From the NCBI RefSeq assembly GCF_000022265.1, contig NC_011979.1, positions 3,300,001 through 3,332,000 of the forward strand: 32,000 nt of DNA, read 5' to 3'. The DNA comes from Geotalea daltonii FRC-32 (lineage in GTDB: Bacteria; Desulfobacterota; Desulfuromonadia; Geobacterales; Geobacteraceae). Shown here piece after piece: positions 18,215 to 27,226 of this stretch. The notes below the pieces were generated by a model. That model was not told the origin of the DNA. It did not search any database and worked only from the letters and a program-made list of their open reading frames with translations. Each line of letters opens with the position of its first letter. Position 1 is the first letter of the stretch. The translations under genes and the position numbers were made by a program.

Positions 18215-19932
18215 TTTTCACCGGTCTCAGCCATTATTTTTTTTATTTTTTCGGCAATGCTTCTGTTGTCAGGTTCAAGTTTCAGGGCGCGACGGAATCC
18301 GGCCAGGGCCTTGCGGTACTCTTTTTTTGCATAGTAGACATCTGCCAGGTGACTGATAACAGTGGCATCATCATCCACCAGTTCCACTGCCCGCTCCAGT
18401 TGTCGCACCGCCTGATCGTAATGCTTCATCTTGAAGTAGACCCAGCCCAGACTGTCAATGATGAAGCCGTCGTCAGGCCTTAGCGAAGAAGCCTTTTTCA
18501 GGTACTGCAGTGCCTCATCAAGGTTGACACCCAGTTCCGCGTAGGTATAACCCAGGTAGTTCAATGCCTGCACATCGTTTGGCGTCAACTGTAAAACCTT
18601 CTTCATCCGGGCGATTGAAGCATCCTTGTTGCCAATCTTGTCATAGAGAACACCCATGCGGAAATTGAGACGCGGGTCGCTGGGAAATCTGTCATCAATC
18701 TCGGAAAGCACCTGCAGACCATCAACAAAACGATCCATGGACTCGTAGAGTCCAGCCAGATTCAGATAAAGCTCAATCTTGGTCGGTTGTTCAGCAATGG
18801 ATTCCTTGAGAAGCTGTATTCCCTTTGCTTCCTGGCCCATTTCCTTGTACAGGTACGCCAGATGCCCAACTGCGTCATAATAATAAGTCGATGAAGTCGG
18901 GATTTTTTTAAACTCTTCTATGGCAGTTTCAAAATCTTCCATTTCCTCATAGGTGGATGCCAGATAGTACCTGACCTGGTAGGCCTCCGGATCTTGGCGC
19001 AGAATGTCGCAGAACTCGGTAATCGCATCCTCGTAACGCTCCATCTCAAGCAGGATCAGTCCCAGCTTGCGGTGAGATTCCTGCCCCCCGACATTATTCC
19101 TCGCCATATCCTGCAACAGTATCAGGGCTGACTCCATATCTTTATTCTGTATATAGAGCTGTACCAGATGCTGGACAACTGTGTAATTGACAGGATTTAT
19201 CTTTAGCAGTTCCTTATAGGCATTGATGGCATCCTTTGTCAGACCTTGCATTTCCTGGGTAATAGCAAGATCAATAAATGCTTGGTCAAAGTCAGGTTTC
19301 AACTCAACTGCTTTTTTGTAATATTTGATCGCTTCGTTAGACAGTTTCATCTGGTCATATGTTTTTCCCAGATAGTAATAGCCCAACGCAGAATCGGGTG
19401 AAACTTTTATCAGTGCTTTCAGTGTATTGACAGCACCCTCATATTCAAATGTTTTCAAATAGGCAATGGCCAGATGAAGATAGATGTCTTCCTTGGCAGG
19501 TTCAAGCTCTATGGCTTTCTTGTAATAGGGTATGGCATCCTTGTCACGTTGCAGTGCCACCAGGATATTTCCGGCAAGAATCTGGGCCTCGGCAAACTCA
19601 GGATCGAGTTTTATGGCCTTTTCACAGGCTTGCAGAGCATCCTGGTAGCGGTTCATCTGCAGATAAATCTGGGCTTCGGCCTTATGAATATAAGCCGCCT
19701 GCGGGTCTGCCTCGGCAGCTGCCTGCAGAAGTGACAGAGCTCCATCCAGGTCACCCTCTAGGAGATGGAGACGGGACAGGGAGAAAATGTACCTGGCTCG
19801 TGATTCAATTATATTAATTGAAGGCTGGACAGCCTGTGGCTGAAGGGACGGTGGGGTCTGGGCATGATTGGCAGCGCATCCCGGGAAGATGATGCAGAGC
19901 AAGGGAAGGATGAGGTAAAACTTGTTTTTCAT
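18211..19932 (-). CDS. TPR-repeat lipoprotein
   Basis: Start ATG at 19932 (MKNKFYLILPLLCIIFPGCA, lipobox). About 14 consecutive 34-aa TPR units (A..Y..AL.L.P....A). Confidence 0.8.
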   Translation of the reverse strand: MKNKFYLILPLLCIIFPGCAANHAQTPPSLQPQAVQPSINIIESRARYIFSLSRLHLLEGDLDGALSLLQAAAEADPQAAYIHKAEAQIYLQMNRYQDALQACEKAIKLDPEFAEAQILAGNILVALQRDKDAIPYYKKAIELEPAKEDIYLHLAIAYLKTFEYEGAVNTLKALIKVSPDSALGYYYLGKTYDQMKLSNEAIKYYKKAVELKPDFDQAFIDLAITQEMQGLTKDAINAYKELLKINPVNYTVVQHLVQLYIQNKDMESALILLQDMARNNVGGQESHRKLGLILLEMERYEDAITEFCDILRQDPEAYQVRYYLASTYEEMEDFETAIEEFKKIPTSSTYYYDAVGHLAYLYKEMGQEAKGIQLLKESIAEQPTKIELYLNLAGLYESMDRFVDGLQVLSEIDDRFPSDPRLNFRMGVLYDKIGNKDASIARMKKVLQLTPNDVQALNYLGYTYAELGVNLDEALQYLKKASSLRPDDGFIIDSLGWVYFKMKHYDQAVRQLERAVELVDDDATVISHLADVYYAKKEYRKALAGFRRALKLEPDNRSIAEKIKKIMAETGEK

Positions 19933-20157
19933 GTAATACTTTCCGGTTAAGAAACAGCCTCTGGATAAGGTCATATGGATGGCATTCGACTAGATGTTTT
20001 TATAAGCACCACCTGCCACGGTGGAGAATTAGCAGCACATGAAAAGCTAACATAAATAGGGAATAGCGTCAAACAAACTTTATCATTTTCCGCCGGTTGC
20101 CATGCAGGGTTAATGTGATACCATTTGCAAATGAAATCAAAAGCTTAAGGACTGCCA

Positions 20158-21720
20158 ATGGCTCAAAAGTGGATAAGATCATTGCTGAATCTGCGAGCCT
20201 TCCCTGAAAAAACATCCTCAGTAAAACTCCTGCAGACCCATGTGTCATTTCTTCTTATAACCGACCATTATGTCTATAAGATCAAAAAACCTGTCAATTT
20301 CGGTTTTCTCGATTTTACCACCATGGATCGAAGGCGCTTTTACTGCCAGGAAGAGGTCCGTCTGAATCGTCGTCTTTGTCCAGATATTTATCTGGGTGTT
20401 GTAGAGATCAGGAAAACCCGGTCAGGAATTTTCATCGACGGAGAAGGCAGGATAGTCGACTATGCCGTAAAGATGAAAAGACTGCCGGAAGAGCGAATGC
20501 TGCATGTCCTACTCAGGGAAAATAATGTTTCGGAAATGGACATGCGTCGCATTGCAGCGACTATTGCCGATTTTCATAGGGCTGCAGAACGCAACCCTGA
20601 AACAGACAGCTATGGCAGCCTCGACAGCATAATTTACAACTGGGAAGAAAATTTTCACCAGTTGCAAGAGTTTGTCGGCATTTCGATTTCCGGGTGTCAG
20701 CTGCAGTTTCTCAAGTCATGGGTAAGCAGCTTCATTGATCAAAACCGGCACCTGTTTCTGGAAAGAACCGAAAAAGGTTTCATCAGGGAATGTGACGGTG
20801 ACATACACTCAGAGAATATATGCCTCACTGATACAGTCTGCATTTTTGATTGCATTGAGTTCAATAAACGATTCCGTTGCTGTGACACAGCTGCAGATCT
20901 GGCTTTTCTGCTCATGGACCTGGACTACAACAGAAAGAGCTACCTGGGTGATGTTCTGCTGGATGAATACCTGTTGCAGACCGGGGATAAGGGACTGACG
21001 GCGTTGATTGATTTCTACAAGACCTATCGTGCCGTTGTCCGAGGCAAGGTGGAAAGCTTCAAACTGCAAGAGCCGGAGATTCCTGCGGGGGAAAAAGAGT
21101 TGGCCGGACAAAGGGCGAGCCTTTATTTCCATCTGGCACGGGGCTACCAGTTGCGGCAACGACTTAAGCCTACGCTTTTCATAACCTGTGGCCTGATGGG
21201 GAGCGGCAAAAGCTCATTGACCAAGGCACTGGCATTGGAATTGGGACTTGAAACCACTGTTTCGGATGCCATAAGAAAAGAAATTGCCGAATCGGCAAAG
21301 GACAGAAGTGACTACGGTGAAGGGATATATAGCCAAAGCTGGACAGATGCAACCTACAAAGAACTTCTTATTCGCAGTGAACATGCCCTGGCTGCAGGAA
21401 ACAGCATCATCGTCGATGCCACATTCCGACGCAGGTCAGATCGTTTGGCGTTCAGACTTGTGGCAGAAAAACTGGGCGTTGATTTCGTTATTATCTCATT
21501 GTCTTGTCCCGATCAAATCACCAAAAAGCGCCTTATGCAGCGCGATAAGGACCCTCTGGCATTATCCGACGGCAGATGGGATCTGTTCCACCGGCAAAAG
21601 TCAGAGTTTCAGCCGTTGGAAGAAAATGAAGGGAAAACAATTCCCATTGATAGTTCCGCCCCTTTATTGGATAATATCGATCATCTTCTCGGTAAACTGG
21701 AGCTGATCCAATGCGCATGA
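20158..21720 (+). CDS. Fusion protein: aminoglycoside-phosphotransferase-like kinase fold plus C-terminal P-loop (AAA_33-type) kinase domain
   Basis: 520 aa. Catalytic-loop-like DGDIHSEN (DxxxxN) and FDCIEF...DLAFLLMDL. Then Walker A GLMGSGKS and IIVDATFRRR. Confidence 0.7.
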   Translation: MAQKWIRSLLNLRAFPEKTSSVKLLQTHVSFLLITDHYVYKIKKPVNFGFLDFTTMDRRRFYCQEEVRLNRRLCPDIYLGVVEIRKTRSGIFIDGEGRIVDYAVKMKRLPEERMLHVLLRENNVSEMDMRRIAATIADFHRAAERNPETDSYGSLDSIIYNWEENFHQLQEFVGISISGCQLQFLKSWVSSFIDQNRHLFLERTEKGFIRECDGDIHSENICLTDTVCIFDCIEFNKRFRCCDTAADLAFLLMDLDYNRKSYLGDVLLDEYLLQTGDKGLTALIDFYKTYRAVVRGKVESFKLQEPEIPAGEKELAGQRASLYFHLARGYQLRQRLKPTLFITCGLMGSGKSSLTKALALELGLETTVSDAIRKEIAESAKDRSDYGEGIYSQSWTDATYKELLIRSEHALAAGNSIIVDATFRRRSDRLAFRLVAEKLGVDFVIISLSCPDQITKKRLMQRDKDPLALSDGRWDLFHRQKSEFQPLEENEGKTIPIDSSAPLLDNIDHLLGKLELIQCA

Positions 21721-21968
21721 AACTCAAACAGTTGCTTTTGCTGAGTCTGCGGACCAGAGAGTCATGGGTGATCTTTTTCATTCTGGGGATCATCATGATG
21801 AATTATCCCTTCATATCCATTTTCAACAAGCCGATTTACTTCTTTGACCTGCCTCTTCTTTACCTTTATTTGCAACTGGGCTGGCTCATCTCCATCTTTG
21901 TCATCTTCCTTTTCACCAAAGCAAATCATTTTGCCGACAAGAACAACAACCACAAGGGGCGCAGTTAA
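21711..21968 (+). CDS. Small two-TM membrane protein (possible SSS accessory subunit)
   Basis: 85 aa with two hydrophobic helices. ATG 21711 or 21717 overlaps the upstream stop (ATGA), and its stop overlaps the next start (TAATG). Confidence 0.5.
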   Translation: MRMKLKQLLLLSLRTRESWVIFFILGIIMMNYPFISIFNKPIYFFDLPLLYLYLQLGWLISIFVIFLFTKANHFADKNNNHKGRS

Positions 21969-24900
21969 TGGTCAGTGCCGAACTGGTCTGGGGGATATCA
22001 ATCCTCTATATAGCTCTCCTCTTTCTGGTAGCTTACCTGGCTGACAAAAAGCAGAGAGAAGGCCAAAGCATTACCTCCAATGCAGTTGTCTATTCTCTTT
22101 CAATCGCCGTTTATGCCACATCCTGGACCTTTTACGGCAGCGTAGGCAAGGCAGCCACAACCGGTCTGGATTTCATACTCATCTATCTGGGGCCTTCACT
22201 GACAGCCTTTTCCTGGTGGTTTCTGCTACGCAAGATCATCCGGGTAACCAAAGAAAACAACACCACATCACTGGCCGACTTCGTCAGCTCTCGCTATGGC
22301 AAGTCCCAGTGGCTTGGCGCACTGGTTACCATCATCTCCATTACCGGTATAATGCCCTACATCGCACTGCAACTCAAAGCTGTTTCCAGCGCCTTTTCCA
22401 TCCTGACTGGCCATCCGGATTTCCATCTGCGTTTCATGGACAGCATTTCCCTCCCCTCACCCCACCCAGGCTTTTTTTCCGCCCTGATACTGGCTGCTTT
22501 CAGCGTCATTTTCGGCGCCCGGCACCTCGTGTCATCGGAACGTCATGAGGGGATGGTTGCAGCCATTGCAGTTGAATCCATAGTCAAACTCGTGGCTTTT
22601 CTCACCGTCGGCATCTTTGTCACCTATTTCCTCTTTGACGGCATCGGCGACATTTTCCAACGCATGTACGTGAAAGATCCTGTCCTTACTGAACAACTGA
22701 TAACCTTAGGTGATGAACAGGAAACCTCCTATACAACTTTGTTCACCATGCTGTATCTGTCAATGGGGGCTATCATGTTTCTCCCGAGACAGTTTCAGAT
22801 AATGGCCATAGAGAACTCTTCAGAAAAACACATCACCAAAGCCATGTGGCTTTTCCCCTTCTACATGTTTCTGATCAACATCTTCGTCATGCCCATCGCA
22901 ATGGGTGGCATTCTCATCACCGGCAGCAATCTCAATTCAGATTACTTCGTCCTGACTATCCCTTTACAGACAGGAAACCAGTGGATAGCGCTCATTGCCT
23001 ATATTGGCGGTTTTTCCGCAGCCGCCGGCATGGTGATGGTTGAATCGGTCACCATTTCAACCATGCTGCTCAATCATGTCATCATGCCGATCGTAATAAG
23101 ACTGAAACCGCGAACCTGGTTTCCTGAGCTGCTCATCAACACCAAGAGGGGCGGGATCTTCCTGGTGGTCTTTCTCGGCTACTTCTATCAGAATATCGTC
23201 GGCGAGACATATATGCTTGTGACCATGGGGCTCATTTCCTTTGCCGCCGCCGCCCAGTTCGCCCCTGCCGTGCTCGGCGGCCTCTACTGGCACCGTGGCA
23301 ACAAAGTCGGCGCCATCACCGGTATGTTCCTCGGCTTTATCGTCTGGTTTTACACTTTGCTGGTCCCTTCATTTATAAGATCCGGATGGTGGAACAGCGA
23401 CATCATGACCAACGGACCGTTCGGGCTCCGCTTTCTGAGGCCCACTGAACTCTTCGGCCTTACCGGGTTCGACATGTGGAGTCATGCCCTGTTCTGGAGC
23501 CTCTTTTTCAACTTGGGCACATATCTGATACTCTCCATCCTGACAGATCAGGACGAAAAAGAACAGGAGCAGGCAAGGAGATTCATTGATGTCTTATCCC
23601 CCGAAAGGGGCAAGGCTCGATGGGAAACCAAGCGTCTTTCCAAGCCGGTGACCATTCTGCAGTTCGTAAACCTGATGGCGAAATTTATCGGTGAAGCCCA
23701 GGCCCATGCGGCAATCAGCGACTACATAGGCAACAGGGAGATTGACAGCCGGGGTGGAGTTTCAGAGTTCGAGCTGCCCGACCTGAAGCGCTTCATTGAA
23801 AAGACTTTGGCCGGTTCCCTTGGCGCTGCAGCGGCGGGGGCCGTTGTCGAAAGCTATCTCACCGACGTCGGTTCGAAGATGGAGTCGGTCTACGACATAT
23901 TCAGCACTGTCCGCACCTCCCTCGACCAGAGCAGAGAGGCGCTTTTCGTAAGGCTCAGGGCATCGGAGATCATGAACCGCTCCCTGGATCTGAAAATCAT
24001 CATGAAAGACCTGCTGGAATTGTTGCAGAAGGAGTTCAAATTCGATCTTTGCATAATCAGGCTTGTGGACGAAAAAGGCATTTTGACCGTCACTGCCTAT
24101 ATCGGACCTGAAGATCAGCAGATAACGAAGAACAACTGGGTTCCTGAAATAGATACCCACATCGGGGAAGCATTTCTCAGCAACAGAACCGAATTTGTCA
24201 ACGACACCCGATACCTGACCAAGCAGAAATCAAAGGAGATCATGGAACGTGAAGGGATAAAATCCTTCGCCCACATTCCCATCGCCAGCGAAGGTGAACC
24301 GCCGGTCGGCATACTCTCAGTATTCTCCAAGTCGATTATCGGATTATTTACCGAACCTTTCCTCCAACTGCTGGGAAGCCTTGCCGGCCAGCTTGCCCAG
24401 GCAGTCAGGATCGTTTCGGAGCGTGAAGCAAAGGAGAAGGAACGGCAACAGAAAGAGGCAGCCCTGTTGGAAAACGCACGGGTTGTACGGGACATGGAGA
24501 TTGCCAAACAGATACAGCTTTCACTGCTGCCCGCTTCTCCCCCCGATCTGCCGGGGGTGCGCTTTGCCAGTTGCTGCGTTCCTGCCGCACATGTGGGTGG
24601 TGATTATTATGATTTCTTTGTTCGTGGTAAAGACAAGGTTGACCTGATAATCGCCGATGTTTCCGGACACAGTGTGGGAGCCGCACTGATCATGGTCGAG
24701 ACACGTAGCGTTCTCAGGGCACAGGTACCACTGACCACATCCAGCAGTGAAGTCCTTGCCTCGCTGAATGGGCTACTGTATGAGGACTTGACCAGGGCGG
24801 AACTTTTCATCACCATGTTTTATGCCAGTTACGATGCAGGCACCAGACTTCTCCGCTATGCAAATGCGGGTCACAACCCGCCATTGATCATGAACCCGCG

Positions 24901-25210
24901 AGGATCAGCCTGCATCGAACTGGATGCAGAAGGGCTCATACTCGGCATAAACCGCTCAGTTTCCTTCGAAGAAAAGCTATTTCAGCTGCATGCGGGTGAT
25001 CTGGTACTATTGTATACGGATGGTATCATAGAGGCACAAAACGACGCAGGAGAACTTTTTGGCGTGGACAGGCTCTGCATGATCCTCAATGGGATGTCTC
25101 AGGAATCACCCGACAGAATTATGGAGAAGGTGCTGGCTGAAGTTACTCAGTTTGCCGGGTCTAAACCACTGGAAGATGACATCTCAATGATAATAATGAA
25201 GATCGACTGA
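21968..25210 (+). CDS. Sensor phosphatase: SLC5/sodium:solute-symporter-like membrane domain - STAC-like linker - GAF - PP2C/SpoIIE (RsbU-type) phosphatase
   Basis: 1080 aa with about 13 TM helices (aa 1-530) and an SSS-sensor-like N-terminus (LLFLVAYLADKK). FIEKTLAGSLGAAAAGAVVESYL is STAC-like. GAF spans about aa 650-800. PP2C motifs ADVSGHSVGAAL, YANAGHNPP, LYTDGIIEAQ, DDISMII. Confidence 0.85.
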   Translation: MVSAELVWGISILYIALLFLVAYLADKKQREGQSITSNAVVYSLSIAVYATSWTFYGSVGKAATTGLDFILIYLGPSLTAFSWWFLLRKIIRVTKENNTTSLADFVSSRYGKSQWLGALVTIISITGIMPYIALQLKAVSSAFSILTGHPDFHLRFMDSISLPSPHPGFFSALILAAFSVIFGARHLVSSERHEGMVAAIAVESIVKLVAFLTVGIFVTYFLFDGIGDIFQRMYVKDPVLTEQLITLGDEQETSYTTLFTMLYLSMGAIMFLPRQFQIMAIENSSEKHITKAMWLFPFYMFLINIFVMPIAMGGILITGSNLNSDYFVLTIPLQTGNQWIALIAYIGGFSAAAGMVMVESVTISTMLLNHVIMPIVIRLKPRTWFPELLINTKRGGIFLVVFLGYFYQNIVGETYMLVTMGLISFAAAAQFAPAVLGGLYWHRGNKVGAITGMFLGFIVWFYTLLVPSFIRSGWWNSDIMTNGPFGLRFLRPTELFGLTGFDMWSHALFWSLFFNLGTYLILSILTDQDEKEQEQARRFIDVLSPERGKARWETKRLSKPVTILQFVNLMAKFIGEAQAHAAISDYIGNREIDSRGGVSEFELPDLKRFIEKTLAGSLGAAAAGAVVESYLTDVGSKMESVYDIFSTVRTSLDQSREALFVRLRASEIMNRSLDLKIIMKDLLELLQKEFKFDLCIIRLVDEKGILTVTAYIGPEDQQITKNNWVPEIDTHIGEAFLSNRTEFVNDTRYLTKQKSKEIMEREGIKSFAHIPIASEGEPPVGILSVFSKSIIGLFTEPFLQLLGSLAGQLAQAVRIVSEREAKEKERQQKEAALLENARVVRDMEIAKQIQLSLLPASPPDLPGVRFASCCVPAAHVGGDYYDFFVRGKDKVDLIIADVSGHSVGAALIMVETRSVLRAQVPLTTSSSEVLASLNGLLYEDLTRAELFITMFYASYDAGTRLLRYANAGHNPPLIMNPRGSACIELDAEGLILGINRSVSFEEKLFQLHAGDLVLLYTDGIIEAQNDAGELFGVDRLCMILNGMSQESPDRIMEKVLAEVTQFAGSKPLEDDISMIIMKID

Positions 25211-25320
25211 CAAAAAAGCGGGGCGCAGCTAAAAACAATTTGTTGAAGGTGGTGCTGCGGTGTTATAAACTATGAAATTAATGATACAACAATCATATCC
25301 CGTTTCAGAGGGGGCACATC

Positions 25321-25656
25321 ATGAATCTGCGGACTGAACTAAAGAATGACATAGTGATCATTTATGTTAATGAGGAAAGACTTGACGCCCATAATTCAGG
25401 TGAATTGAAGGTCGAGGTGCAGAAGCTTTTCGAACAGGGCCGAAAAAACATGCTCATCGACCTGAAAGATGTTCGCTTCATCGACAGTTCCGGGCTGGGA
25501 GCCCTCGTCTCCGGATTCAAAAACGCCATTTCCCATCAGGGCAACCTGAAGCTTTCGACCCTGCAGTCACAGGTAAAATCAATGTTCGAACTGACCAGGT
25601 TGCACAGGGTTTTTGAAATATTTCCCTCTACCGCAGAAGCACTTGAAAACTTCTAA
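25321..25656 (+). CDS. STAS-domain anti-sigma-factor antagonist (RsbV/SpoIIAA family)
   Basis: 111 aa. Conserved phosphorylatable serine context FIDSSGLGALV. RBS GAGGGGG. Confidence 0.88.
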   Translation: MNLRTELKNDIVIIYVNEERLDAHNSGELKVEVQKLFEQGRKNMLIDLKDVRFIDSSGLGALVSGFKNAISHQGNLKLSTLQSQVKSMFELTRLHRVFEIFPSTAEALENF

Positions 25657-25669
25657 ATGTGAGGCTCAG

Positions 25670-26095
25670 ATGGAAAGAAACGAGATAGAGGTAGATATCA
25701 AGGTCCCCAATCAGACCCGCTACTTGAGTCTCATAGGCCGGATCGGTGAAGACATTGCCAAGGAACTGGTCAGATATACAGGCGACAGGGATACGCTGGC
25801 CTATCATCTGAATCTTGTGCTGACAGAAGCCATGGTAAATGCCATAAAACATGCCGGCAGTGAAGATTCAGACAACCTGGTGCACATCATCATCAATATC
25901 TGTGAAAGCGAGCTGACAATCAAGGTGTTCGATTCGGGACAAGGGTTCGATATCAATATCATCCCCCCCCCCGATTTCGAGGAACTGGAAGACCGGGGTC
26001 GCGGCATTTTCATGATAAAATCGCTGATGGACTCAGTGTCTTACAAAAAAATGTGCGACGGCAACATTCTGGAAATGAAAAAGAAGCTGCAATAA
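25670..26095 (+). CDS. RsbW/SpoIIAB-type serine protein kinase (HATPase_c, anti-sigma-factor-like)
   Basis: ATG at 25670 after GAGG. N-box EAMVNAIKHA, G1 box FDSGQGF, G2 box GRGIFMIKSL. 141 aa. Confidence 0.85.
   Translation: MERNEIEVDIKVPNQTRYLSLIGRIGEDIAKELVRYTGDRDTLAYHLNLVLTEAMVNAIKHAGSEDSDNLVHIIINICESELTIKVFDSGQGFDINIIPPPDFEELEDRGRGIFMIKSLMDSVSYKKMCDGNILEMKKKLQ
25963..25972 (+). repeat. C10 homopolymer inside the RsbW-like kinase CDS
   Basis: ATCATCCCCCCCCCCGAT encodes I-I-P-P-P-D, between the G1 and G2 ATP-binding boxes. It is the longest G/C homopolymer I found in the window. Confidence 0.95.
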
Positions 26096-26096
26096 G

Positions 26097-26885
26097 TCAG
26101 TTGGAATGCCTTTTGTCCCTGAGGTACAGCCACACGATCATCCCGCACCCAAGCAACGCCATCGGCAAGCTTAGCATCTGCCCCATGGAGAACCTGCCCG
26201 CAACAAGGCCAAGCTGGGCATCCGGTTCCCTGAAGAACTCAACGATAAACCTGAACAGGCCATACAAACCGATAAATGACCAGAAAACCGCCCCCTCCGG
26301 ATGTTTCCGTCTACCTAAAAGCCATAGTATCGAAAACATTAGTGGACCCTCCAGTATGGCCTCATACAACTGGGAAGGATGACGCGGCAAGTTTCCTGCA
26401 CCGGGAAATACCACTCCCCATGGCACGTTGGTAACGCGCCCGTAAAGTTCTCCGTTGATGAAATTGCCTATCCTGCCGAGACAAAGACCGACCGGCCCGG
26501 CAATGAAGCCGATGTCGGCAATCTGATAGAAGCCGATCCTTTTCTTTCTGATATAATAAAAACCAGCTGCGATGGCACCCAACAGTCCTCCATGGAAGGA
26601 CATCCCGCCATGCCAGACGGCAAATATTTCAAGGGGTTTTGCCAGATATACCTGCAGATCGTAGAATAGTATGTAGCCTAGACGACCACCCAATATTACA
26701 CCGAGAGCCACAGTGAAGATAAGATCTGCCACATCGTCCTTGCTCAAGGGAAGATGCTTTTTTTTCACCCCTGCCTTGATTATGAAATACGCGGCAATGA
26801 ATCCGATGATGTACATGAGACCGTACCAGCGGAACTGAAGGGGACCGATGCGCAGAAAGACGGGATCGAAATCCGGAAATTTCAT
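26097..26885 (-). CDS. lgt: Prolipoprotein diacylglyceryl transferase
   Basis: Start ATG at 26885 (MKFPDFDPVFLRIGPLQFRWYGLMY) with GGAG upstream. Motifs GGRLGY, GRIGNFINGELYG, HPSQLYEA. The track ORF extends 42 codons further upstream without support. Confidence 0.9.
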   Translation of the reverse strand: MKFPDFDPVFLRIGPLQFRWYGLMYIIGFIAAYFIIKAGVKKKHLPLSKDDVADLIFTVALGVILGGRLGYILFYDLQVYLAKPLEIFAVWHGGMSFHGGLLGAIAAGFYYIRKKRIGFYQIADIGFIAGPVGLCLGRIGNFINGELYGRVTNVPWGVVFPGAGNLPRHPSQLYEAILEGPLMFSILWLLGRRKHPEGAVFWSFIGLYGLFRFIVEFFREPDAQLGLVAGRFSMGQMLSLPMALLGCGMIVWLYLRDKRHSN

Positions 26886-27004
26886 TAGAAGGCTCCAGAG
26901 GAAGTTTGCCTTAAGGTAACAACAAACTACTGCAGTGTCAACGCTGAGACATCCATGCAGAAAAACTTTATGGAGATGGGCAGCCCCCGAGGGACAACAA
27001 ACGG

Positions 27005-27033
27005 TTGACAAAAAATGTCTCGGGGCATATAAA
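27005..27033 (+). promoter_or_regulatory. Sigma70-type promoter driving the M-box leader
   Basis: TTGACA (27005-27010), 17-nt spacer, TATAAA (27028-27033). Confidence 0.6.
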
Positions 27034-27043
27034 TTTCAGGAAA

Positions 27044-27205
27044 TTCCTCGTTAGGAAGAGGCGTTAGCACAAACAGAAGCTACTGCCCAGAAACGTCGAA
27101 AGACGCCAATGCGGTAGACCAGATTCAGTCGGATTAAGGCTTTATCTAAGGTAGCTGGTGGTGGTTCACCTACGTTGTGCTCTGCTAAAACTCAAACCAG
27201 GGGAA
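27044..27205 (+). ncRNA. M-box (ykoK leader) Mg2+-sensing riboswitch aptamer
   Basis: Conserved M-box blocks in the right order: CGUUAGG-AGAGGC, CUGCCCAGAAACGUCGAAAGACGCCAAUG, UUAAGGC, GUAGCUGG, ACGUUGUGCUCUGCUAAAACUC. This closely parallels the B. subtilis mgtE leader as I recall it. Confidence 0.85.
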
Positions 27206-27226
27206 AATGGTGTCCTTTTGCGCATG

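Noticed and set aside
26886-27011. Upstream extension of the lgt ORF
   Set aside because: It is Cys-rich and non-conserved, and it runs into the divergent M-box promoter. The canonical Lgt N-terminus with an RBS starts at 26885.
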